Origin: Coniocarpon cinnabarinum
Lineage: Eukaryota
NCBI GenBank assembly: GCA_051942205.1
Contig: JAVECO010000043.1
Span: 1-64,000, forward strand
DNA length: 64,000 bases
Direction: 5' to 3'
A model generated the notes under the pieces. That model was not told the origin of the DNA, made no database searches, and saw only the letters and a program-made list of their open reading frames with translations. Numbering within the stretch: position 1 is the stretch's first letter; every line of letters begins with the position of its first letter. Positions 45,910 to 55,598 of this stretch are shown one piece after another. Both the position numbers and the translations under genes were made by a program.

Positions 45910-47901
45910 TCATCGCCCCAGCCCGGGTTGTCCCAGGCCCACCCCGGCGCTTTGCAACCGGCTCGCCAGTTGGGGATACTTTTCCTGCACCTGTAAAACA
46001 AAGTCAGCGACGGTGACATTCCACTCGTGTGACGTCCTTCTACTCACCTCAAGCTGTGTGCGCGTGGCCTCGGCGTACGACAGTGCATTGACGATTTCGC
46101 CTTCAGTGCGCGATAGCTCTGCGGCTTGTTCAAAGTATTTCAACGCTTCTGTCACCTTGCCCTGTTGCAGAAGGAGCTGGGCCATGGTAGCCACAGCAAT
46201 GTCACACTCGGCGTCAATAATCAATGCTTTCTGGCAAAGCTCCTCTGCTTCGTTGAAATCTTGCTTCCACTGGAAGATCGCCAGGGCCTTGTTTATGAGT
46301 GGTAACACGTTCATCCCAATGGGCTTTGTCGATTTCTCAATCTCAATGGCCTGCTCGAATTGTTCAATGGCTTCCTGGAACTTTTGCTGGTCCAGAAGCA
46401 GTTCGCCATAGTAGTTGAAAACATCTGGCACTTGTGGGAAGTTCTTCCTGCACCGGCGGAATGTTGCCATGGAGGATGCTATCGACCCCATCTTGTACTG
46501 TGTCACCCCTAATTGAATGTGTGAGAAGATAAAGTCCTTGTCAATGTCTATCGACTTTTGATAGTCCTTTGCGGCATCCGCAAATTCGCCCAGGATAAAG
46601 TGCAGCTGAGCTCGGTGATAGTAAATGTCGGGGTCGTTCTCATTCTGTTCTGTAGCTTTCTTGAAGTCTTCCGCGGCAGCCTCACGCTCCCCTTGCTCGA
46701 GGTGCATACTGGCCCGCTTAATGTAACTCTGAGTCAAGGTCGGTTGCTTGTTCACACTCTTCGTCAAGTCCTCCAACGCTTCCATGTTCTCGCCCTTGAG
46801 ATATCGGAAAGTGCCTCTCAGATTATATGCGTATGCTTCGTGATCACCAAGATCTCCTAGCTCAATGGCCTTGTCGAACGCCTTTGACGCTTCATCATAG
46901 CTCTCAGCAGTACGAACGTTCATAGCCTTCAACCCCTTCCGAAGTTGTCCAACCGCGCTGTCCTCACTCAGATCTGCTGAGTCCTCCAAGCCTTCGGGAG
47001 TGGACTTTACCCGGAAGCTCTGTAGATAATTTGTTACGAACATCGCACTTGGTAGTTTCTTCTCCTTGCTTGCCAAGATGTCCTTTGCCTTGGCTTCCGC
47101 AACCTTTTTGAGTAATCGCTCCACGCTTTGGGCGGCCGCATCATTCCTAAACCCATCGATGATGCAGCTTGCTGTATAATCCAGCAGGGCTTCGCTGTAC
47201 TTCTCAAGCTGCTCATAGGCGTTTGCGCGTCTGTTAAGAGCTTTGACGTATTCGCTGTCTAGCGAAATTGCTGCTGTGGTATCCTCAACGACCTTTTCCC
47301 ATTTCGACAACGCATTGTAGCACGCAGCACGGTTTGAGTAGAAGACAGGATCTGGCTTGCACAGAATGGCTTTGCCGTATAAATCGATGGCTTCGTCGTA
47401 TTTTTTCGCGTTGTAAGCCTGGTTTCCAGCTGCCTTGAGCTTCGCTGCAAAGTCTTTCCGCTCTTGCTCTGTTAGAGTCCCTACTGTTGACTCGTCGACA
47501 CTTGGAAGCTCCTCTTCTGTTTCTACAGTCGGTTGAGCTGCAGCTGATTAGTGCCTATACAAGCCGTCGAATTAGAATGGCGCGATCGAGAGCTTACCTG
47601 CTGGTTCGGCTGTTTTGGTTGCGTCTCGCGCTGCTTCTTTTTCCTTTCTACGCTCCTTCTTACTCTTCTTGTCTTTGCTATCGACACGTTCGCTGGGCGA
47701 CGAACTTGACGAATACGCTAACGCGGCTCCTGTGCCAAGGACCGCGACACCAACGATAGTCCAAGCTAACGCCTTGTTCTCCGAATACCAGTGTGATAAC
47801 CGGTCAAGGGCAGAAGAGCTTGTTTGTGAGGTCGCGGATGCAGCTTTGGATGCGGACTCATTTGCGGATTGGAAAGCTTTTTGAGCTGTCTCTGAGGCCA
47901 T
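45910..47901 (-). CDS. TOM70: Mitochondrial import receptor Tom70; exons 47901-47598, ~47537-46048, 45990-45910
   Basis: N-terminal signal anchor ([20 protein letters not shown]) then a Lys-rich stretch, TPR repeats ([31 protein letters not shown]), and [26 protein letters not shown]. Confidence 0.96.
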
Positions 47902-48541
47902 TGGCTTGTGGGTCGTTAATGAATGCGCCTCTGAAGAAAATGACCTGATTGATAAAGTCTGTAAGGAGAGAGCTGGGTCACTGGGAAGGTGGCAGAGTGG
48001 TGGTGCCCAGAATTTTTGACAGATCCGAGATACGAGAGAAGTAACAAGGCGTTATATGTTGTAGCCGCAATCAACCTGCGAACAAAAATTTCTAATTAAT
48101 TGTCGAAACGTGAGAAGCCATGCGTAGCCATTATTCATACATACGTCGAGTATCCAAGCTCCACTAGCGCGATGACGCGCGCGAGGAAAATCATCGTGGC
48201 ACGGCGCGTACATTTCACCGCGTTCCATCATGATTCTATTTTGCTCTTTCTTCCTGCATCTGCCTTTCCATACATGCTCATCGTCAGGTAACAAGCTTTC
48301 GCTAGTCCAAAATCCATTAGAGTGTTTTGTGTCCTTTCTGCAGCGTACGCTCAGGCACAAGCACTGCTAGTCAAGCAGCTACAACTACCTGGCAATTGAT
48401 TCCCGTGAAGTTTGCATGTACACTGGAGCTTGTCTGCTTGAGGCAACACCTCAGCACGTCCTCCGAAACTGAGGGGCCCGTCCGCACCTTTGCGGTCGTC
48501 ACACGTCCGTACGCTCGGAGTCATACATCCTAACGACCAAC

Positions 48542-51500
48542 ATGGTACGTTCTGAGCGGGAATGTCGATTGAAGCAAATCAGACTGATGCAATTATCGCA
48601 GGATACTCCAGGTTATACCGTGCGTGGGAGACATACGTTCGCACTACCGCAACTCGCTAACATGTCTCAGGACTCAGATACGAACCCCAACACTACAGCT
48701 ACCAGCGAAGCAGGCGACGTTCCTGTCGACAGCCGCAAAAAGAAATCCGAAGCGTCTCAATTGCGGAAGAGCATACTCAGCAAGAAGCAGGAACGCCTGG
48801 GAGAATCAAAGGAAGATGATACAATACGCAGATTCCGCTATCTGCTAGGTCTGACTGATCTCTTTCGACATTTCATCGACGCCAACCCAAACCCTCAATT
48901 TCGTGATGTAATAAAGCGCCTTGATGATGAGGACAATGCGGCAAAGACGAAGGCGAAAAAGGACCATGCGCGCAAAGGAGGTGCTGCCGGTGAACGACGT
49001 AGGCGGACAGAGGCAGAAGAAGATGCCGAACTATTGCGCGAGGGAAAGCATGCCGAAACGAACGAGATTGTCTTCCGTGATTCGCCAGGATATGTGCACG
49101 GAGAGATGCGCGATTATCAGGTTGCTGGCTTGAATTGGCTCATCTCTTTGCACGAGAACGGCATTTCAGGCATCCTTGCCGACGAGATGGGACTTGGCAA
49201 GACACTACAGACGATATCGTTTCTGGGGTACCTGCGATTTGTCAAGGACATCACAGGTCCACATCTAATTGTCGTGCCCAAGTCAACTCTGGACAACTGG
49301 CTCCGCGAGTTCAGTCGGTGGATCCCGGACATCGATGTCGTCATTCTGACAGGTGCAAAGGAGGAACGTGGCGAGCTGATCAAAGAGCGCATTATCGATG
49401 AGAGGTTCGACGTTTGCGTGACGAGCTATGAGATGGTGCTAATCGAGAAGAGCCATCTGAAGAAGTTTGCGTGGGAGTACATCATCATTGATGAAGCCCA
49501 CAGAATCAAGAACGACAAGTCCTCCTTGTCAGAGATCATTCGCCTCTTTCAATCAAGAAATCGACTCTTGATTACGGGCACGCCTCTACAGAACAACCTT
49601 CGCGAACTTTGGTCACTCCTGAACTTCCTTTTACCCGATGTATTCGCCGATTCGGAAGCCTTCGACCACTGGTTTTCAAATTCAGAAAGCGACCAAGACA
49701 CTGTAGTCCAGCAACTTCACAAGGTTCTCCGTCCGTTTCTGCTCCGTCGAGTTAAAAGCGACGTGGAGAAAAACCTTTTACCCAAGAAAGAAGTCAACTT
49801 GTATGTTGGTATGTCAGATATGCAGCGGAAGTGGTATCAAAATATCCTGACAAAGGACATCGACGCTGTCAATGGGGCTGGTGGGAGCCGAGAATCAAAA
49901 ACTCGATTGCTCAACATCGTTATGCAGCTCAGAAAATGTTGTAACCACCCATACCTCTTTGATGGCGCTGAGCCTGGTCCGCCGTATACGACAGACGAGC
50001 ACCTAGTGAATAATGCCGCCAAGATGGTCATGCTAGACAAATTGCTTGGACGACTGCAAGCCCAGGGAAGTCGTGTCCTCATCTTCTCCCAGATGTCTCG
50101 CGTGCTCGACATTTTGGAGGATTACAACGTCATGCGAGGGTACAAGTACTGCCGCATTGATGGTTCCACAGCGCATGAAGATCGGATCGCTGCTATTGAT
50201 GAATACAACAAGCCGGGGTCCGAGAAATTCATCTTCTTGTTGACGACCAGAGCAGGTGGTCTGGGCATCAATCTGACGTCGGCTGACATTGTCGTTCTTT
50301 TCGATTCGGACTGGAATCCTCAAGCCGATCTTCAAGCCATGGATCGAGCTCATCGAATTGGTCAAACAAAACAAGTCGTCGTTTTCCGTTTCGTGACCGA
50401 GAAGGCTGTCGAGGAGAAGGTCTTGGAACGTGCGGCCCAAAAGCTTCGTCTCGACAAGTTGGTGATTCAACAGAGCCGCGCTCAGCAGCAAGCGAAGCAA
50501 GCTGCGTCAAAAGACGAGCTCCTTGGGATGATTCAGCACGGCGCCGAAGATATCTTGCAGCAACCTGGCGGAGTGGGAGCGAACTCGGAGGAAATGACTG
50601 ACGACGACATTGACGCCATTCTCAAGCGAGGCGAGGAAAGAACCGCTGAGCTGAATGCCAAATATGAGAAACTGGGCATTGATGACCTGCAAAAGTTCAC
50701 TTCAGATTCCGCATACGAGTGGAATGGCGAGAAATTTGAAAAGAAAGCCAACACCAATCTCGGCATCAACTGGATACACCCTGCGAAGCGGGAGCGCAAG
50801 GAGCAGTCATACTCGATGGATAAGTACTATCGTAATGCTTTGATGACTGGCGGCCGCACCGTCGATCCGAAACCGAAGGTCCCTCGAGCACCGAAACAAG
50901 TCCAGATACACGACTACCAATTTTTCCCGCCCCGATTGGCTGAACTACAAACCAAAGAGACAGCGTATTTCCGCAGGGAGAACAACATCAAAGCTCCGTT
51001 GTCTGAAGGCCCAGAGGAGACGCTTGATGAGCGTAAGAACGACCAACAACTCGAACAAGAGGAGATTGATGAGGCCGAGCCGCTTACGGAGGCTGAGAAG
51101 GAGGAAAAGGAGCAGCTAATTGAAGAAGGCTTCCCAGAGTGGAACCGCCGCGACTTTCAGCAGTTCATCAATGGCTCTGGCAGATACGGTCGTCACAACT
51201 GGAGTGGTATTGAGCGCGAGGTCGATGGCAAGACTGCAGACGAGATCGAAGAGTATGCGAGCGTGTTTTGGGAGAAGTACCATGAGATCGAAAACGCGGA
51301 GAAACTCATTCAAACTATCGAAGATGGCGAGGCGAAATTGGCCAAAGTCGAAACCCAGAAGCGCCTGCTGAGAAAGAAGATGAAGTCGGTTCGAAATCCG
51401 CTATACCAGCTCAAGATCGAGTACAGTGTCAGCACGACCAACAAAAAGGTCTATACGCTGGAGGAAGACCGCTTCCTGCTTTGCATGATGGACAAGTACG

Positions 51501-51916
51501 GCATTGATACAGAAGGCCTGTGGGACACGATCCGTGAAGAAATCCGCGAGTCCCCCCTGTTCCGCTTCGATTGGTTCTTCCTGTCCCGAACACCGACCGA
51601 GCTGTCTCGTCGTGGACAAACACTCTTGACTACAGTCCAACGAGAGATGGAACCAGGCACTGGTGGCGACGGGAGGTCGGCCAATGGTAAGAAGAGACAG
51701 GCTGAGAGTGATGAAAGCGAAAGCGAGGAAGTCCCGGCCAAAAAGAAGAGCAAGGGTGGCCGCGAGAGTACAGGCAAAGCGAACGTCAAGGAAACTCCCA
51801 AAGCCGGCAAGCATAAGGCAGTGGAGAAAGTCAAGGACGACAAACCATCCCAGGCCCGAAAGTCGAGCTCGCCGGCATCCGCAACCAAGACCAAAGCCAA
51901 GGCGAAGAGGAAGTAG
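48542..51916 (+). CDS. ISW2: ISWI chromatin-remodelling ATPase; probable exons 48542-48544, 48602-48619, 48671-51916
   Basis: [19 protein letters not shown]-type motif [27 protein letters not shown], and HAND-SANT-SLIDE C-terminus ([11 protein letters not shown]). Confidence 0.97.
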   Translation: MVRSERECRLKQIRLMQLSQDTPGYTVRGRHTFALPQLANMSQDSDTNPNTTATSEAGDVPVDSRKKKSEASQLRKSILSKKQERLGESKEDDTIRRFRYLLGLTDLFRHFIDANPNPQFRDVIKRLDDEDNAAKTKAKKDHARKGGAAGERRRRTEAEEDAELLREGKHAETNEIVFRDSPGYVHGEMRDYQVAGLNWLISLHENGISGILADEMGLGKTLQTISFLGYLRFVKDITGPHLIVVPKSTLDNWLREFSRWIPDIDVVILTGAKEERGELIKERIIDERFDVCVTSYEMVLIEKSHLKKFAWEYIIIDEAHRIKNDKSSLSEIIRLFQSRNRLLITGTPLQNNLRELWSLLNFLLPDVFADSEAFDHWFSNSESDQDTVVQQLHKVLRPFLLRRVKSDVEKNLLPKKEVNLYVGMSDMQRKWYQNILTKDIDAVNGAGGSRESKTRLLNIVMQLRKCCNHPYLFDGAEPGPPYTTDEHLVNNAAKMVMLDKLLGRLQAQGSRVLIFSQMSRVLDILEDYNVMRGYKYCRIDGSTAHEDRIAAIDEYNKPGSEKFIFLLTTRAGGLGINLTSADIVVLFDSDWNPQADLQAMDRAHRIGQTKQVVVFRFVTEKAVEEKVLERAAQKLRLDKLVIQQSRAQQQAKQAASKDELLGMIQHGAEDILQQPGGVGANSEEMTDDDIDAILKRGEERTAELNAKYEKLGIDDLQKFTSDSAYEWNGEKFEKKANTNLGINWIHPAKRERKEQSYSMDKYYRNALMTGGRTVDPKPKVPRAPKQVQIHDYQFFPPRLAELQTKETAYFRRENNIKAPLSEGPEETLDERKNDQQLEQEEIDEAEPLTEAEKEEKEQLIEEGFPEWNRRDFQQFINGSGRYGRHNWSGIEREVDGKTADEIEEYASVFWEKYHEIENAEKLIQTIEDGEAKLAKVETQKRLLRKKMKSVRNPLYQLKIEYSVSTTNKKVYTLEEDRFLLCMMDKYGIDTEGLWDTIREEIRESPLFRFDWFFLSRTPTELSRRGQTLLTTVQREMEPGTGGDGRSANGKKRQAESDESESEEVPAKKKSKGGRESTGKANVKETPKAGKHKAVEKVKDDKPSQARKSSSPASATKTKAKAKRK

Positions 51917-52639
51917 CCAGTGACGGCAGCCACGCGTTACGACTGGAGAGGCATGGTGGGCGTTTGCAGCGTGGCGCTGCTGAGTCTGGTCCAGAGTCTG
52001 CCCCTTGCGCGGGGTATGGAACATAGATGTGTATGATTTGAATGAAACACGGTCACCTCGCGGTGCGCCAGGTAGTAAATGCATTGAGCTGCGCTGGTAT
52101 GCTTTGCAGTCTCGAGTCAGTGTCCAGGTCACATGCTCTCATATGCTCCCTGGCAGGCACATGCAAAGTCCAGCATGTGATTCGCCGGGCATTTGCCGAG
52201 GGGCGCGATGGCACATGCTGACTCCATAGGTGGGCGGTCGCTGTGTCACATTGATTCTTGCCCTGTTCCGGTCGGTTTTCGCACATGATAATTTTTTGCT
52301 GAAACACGCTGCTGCCACTCAATAGCCAACGTGCCTGCTATTCATTTCATGCGACAATACGCTCCCTCCACCCATCCACATCCTCGCTCTTGAAATGTTT
52401 GTGTCAGACTACTCACCACTTCATCACTGCAAACGACCACAAGTCGTTCATAGAAAAAGCATTCTGTCCCACGACATACAGCAGCCTTTCAGCTACTGCG
52501 AGGCGCACACACATTCCATTATTCCGCATCTTGGCACATCCTGACATCGTTCCATTGAAAGAAGCTTCTTCTCACCACTTCAACTTACATTGAGGCAGCA
52601 TTCAACGAATTCGTTGGGATTACTGTCACGCACGGCATC

Positions 52640-54223
52640 ATGCGTGAGCAACTCCTTCGGCAAGCGCTCGAGTCGAGCAAGACCACTTCCAAGAAGCAGC
52701 GTACCAAGCAAGCGTCTCTGGCATCCTCTGGACTGGCATCGCGCTCTTCGTCCAAGGCTAACTCTGCCGCAAATTCTCGTGCTGGTTCCACGGGTACGTC
52801 ACGAAGCGGTAGCCGCGTTGGCAGCCGGGCCGGCACCGATGATGAGCACGATTCCCTCGAAGGGTTTGATAGCGACGACACGAGCGATGACTTTGGCAAT
52901 ACGCTCGGAGCGCAATTGGAGGAGGTCGATTCGTGGCAGACCGCTCTGGCGACGCGCATTGGCAACATTCTGAACCGCGGTAAGCGACATGCCGACGAGC
53001 GCCCAGAAGATCTGCGTTGGTACACGGGCATTTTGCAGAATCATTACGCCACCGTTGAAATCCAAGGTCAACTTCCTCAACTCATCAGACAATTACTGCG
53101 CGCTTGTACGGCTGAAGATGAGAAGGAGGCATCCTTGGCACTGAAAGCGTTGAGTGTGACCGCAGTGACCGACCAGAGTGAAGATTATTTTGAGGAGTGC
53201 TCGGGTCCTTTGAAGTCTCTTATCCAGGATTACGGCGATGAGGATGTCAAGGCTGATGCTCTTCGGACTTTGGCAATGGTTGCCTACATCTCTGGAAGTC
53301 TGTCAGATCTCATCTCGGTGCTCACGTTTTTGCTCGAGATCATTGAGTCTGATGGCCACCGAATCCTTGCCGAAGACTCTGCAGTCGTTGTCTCAGCAGC
53401 TCTCAACGCCTTCAGTATATGCTGTACCCGTGTGCCAAACTTTGATCCCGAAGCCGAATACCTTCAGGATGTCGATCGCGAATTCAGCCAGGAAGCGATC
53501 GAAAGCATTGCAGAGCAACTTGAGAGCTCTGCACCATCAGTCCAGATTGCTGCAGCGGAGGTCCTCGCATTGCTGTTCGAAAAGTCGTATCGCAAAGCCA
53601 CGCTCGAGGATTCAGCCAATCTCCAGGAGGATGTTCACACTGGAGAACTGCCAGACGTGGTGCAAATGTACAATCCATATCGTAACACCAGCCAGCTGCT
53701 GGATCAGCTCCAGGAAGTGTACAAGGGCAGCAGCAAGTCGACGGCAAAAGTCCACCGGCGCGCCTTGAATGACACTCTTCGCGATGTCACGCAGAGCATT
53801 GAACATTCAGGCTGGGGACCTGGCTGGCGGGCCGGCGAGGGCTGGAAATCGAAGGGTAGAGACAATCGCAATGCGGCGCAGAAGCGTCATCTCGGGCCAA
53901 GCATCAAGATCAAGACTGACCCAAATGGCGGTATGTTTGTGGTGGAGAGATGGTGGCAATTGATCAGGGTTCGTGATCTCCGAACGGTCATAGGCCATGG
54001 TTTCATGGAACATTTTGCAGAGAATCCCGTTGTTGAGGAATCTCTTTTCAAGGAGCACGACGAGGGCAATGACAGTGACGAGGATGATGAAGGTGAGAAT
54101 GATGAGGGCTCTGCCGTCGCGAACGGTGAGACAAACGGTCATTCGGTTCCAGACACGGCTGGTCCCAAGTCGAAGACAAAGTCCAAGCAAAGTAAGAGAG
54201 GCATGGACAAATGGCGACGTTGA
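52640..54223 (+). CDS. IFRD (interferon-related developmental regulator) family protein
   Basis: MREQLLRQALESSKTTSKK...S-rich N-terminus, armadillo-like core (LLEIIESDG, IAEQLESSAPSVQIAAAEVLALLFEKS) and ERWWQL...GFMEHFAENPVV. Confidence 0.85.
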   Translation: MREQLLRQALESSKTTSKKQRTKQASLASSGLASRSSSKANSAANSRAGSTGTSRSGSRVGSRAGTDDEHDSLEGFDSDDTSDDFGNTLGAQLEEVDSWQTALATRIGNILNRGKRHADERPEDLRWYTGILQNHYATVEIQGQLPQLIRQLLRACTAEDEKEASLALKALSVTAVTDQSEDYFEECSGPLKSLIQDYGDEDVKADALRTLAMVAYISGSLSDLISVLTFLLEIIESDGHRILAEDSAVVVSAALNAFSICCTRVPNFDPEAEYLQDVDREFSQEAIESIAEQLESSAPSVQIAAAEVLALLFEKSYRKATLEDSANLQEDVHTGELPDVVQMYNPYRNTSQLLDQLQEVYKGSSKSTAKVHRRALNDTLRDVTQSIEHSGWGPGWRAGEGWKSKGRDNRNAAQKRHLGPSIKIKTDPNGGMFVVERWWQLIRVRDLRTVIGHGFMEHFAENPVVEESLFKEHDEGNDSDEDDEGENDEGSAVANGETNGHSVPDTAGPKSKTKSKQSKRGMDKWRR

Positions 54224-54408
54224 TTGTCTGGCCATGGATCAAATTAGTTTGATTTGGAGGAATAACGATAGTGACACGATGATACCCCTTTAGACTTTCT
54301 ATTGAGTGGCGTATGGGAATGTCAATAGGGACAAGGCGGGGACACGACTACTACGAATTGGATAGCTCACGTGCAATATTCTTTCTACAATCGAGACTTC
54401 ATTTGCGA

Positions 54409-55164
54409 CTACATTCTCTTGACAACGCCTGCGTCGTCTTGTGACGTCGGTGTAGGAGCAGAAGCAGACATGGGAGGATCTGCGTTGAGCTCTACGGTGA
54501 CCTATGCAAGGACAATGCCATTTAGCCGCCGCTTTGTGAATTCTGCAGGCACACGCATGCACACATACTGGGCCATCGTTCACCAACGCAACATCCATCA
54601 TCGCAGCGAAGACACCGTCTTTGACACGATCCTGTCGGTATCCTTCCTGAGTTTTCTGGAGAAAGAAGTCGTACAACTCCCTCGCCTGTTCACCTCCAGC
54701 TGATCTGTGGAAGTCCGGCTTGTTGCCTTTCTTCGTCACCGCATAGAGCGTGAACTGCGAGACGCATAGGATCTCGCCCGAGATGTCCGTGACGGAACGT
54801 TCCCACTGATCATGCTCAGCCAAGTTCCTAGTACGGACGAGCCAGAGGGGAACGCACCGTGCCGCCCTCGTCGTCAGGCCAGAGCTTGAGCTTGAGCACT
54901 TTGGACGCGAGCGTCTCGGCTTCTCTGCGCGTGTCATCCTTGCCCACCGCGGCCAGGACCAGGATGCCGCGTCCAATCTGGCTGACGAGCTGTTTCTCAA
55001 CCGTGACGCTGGCGGAAGTGACGCGCTGGAGGATAGCTAGATGGAGCTCAGTATTGGCCGACGTGGAAAGTCTCTGAATTGGCTCAATGGCATGAATGTT
55101 GCGTGATGCATGACCTTGCAGGAGACGGCGTGGAGAGCAGGGATTGGACGTAGATACCTTTCAT
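54409..55164 (-). CDS. DTD1: D-aminoacyl-tRNA deacylase; exons 55164-55158, 55036-54858, 54805-54569, 54501-54409
   Basis: Spliced MKAILQRVTSASVTV...IGRGILVL...W...GEILCVSQFTLY...KGNKPDFH...GVFAAMMDVALVNDGP/VTVEL carries the SQFTL and NDGPVT motifs; three GT-AG introns. Confidence 0.96.
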
Positions 55165-55598
55165 GACTGAAGCAAGGCTGGGAGCTCAGTACCTGATTCG
55201 ACCTATGCCATGCGCGTGCGACTTCTACAATCCTCACGCCGTAGCTAGCCGGCCCGATCAGGCCATCTCGATCGATCGTCTTCTGTTCTTTTTGCTGTGC
55301 TCGAAGGCTGGGTGAGTGGCGTCTGGTTGCAGTAAGCGACGCGTGACGCGTGGTTTGGCAGCGAATTTATTGCAGAGAGAAAAGCGCCCAGTCTTGGCTT
55401 GGCAATCTCGACCCTCCAGCAAGTCATTGCTCTCCTCAACCCATCAGGCAACTTTTACCCATTCACACCCATCTATCGCGGCCCTCCACCTGTCATCTCT
55501 CTCACAGCCAGCACGTCAGTCTCCCTGCGCGACCACATCCTCCGCGCTGCGCCTCAGTTCATGAATCCTCACACCTCAACACCGCAAACACCGCTACC

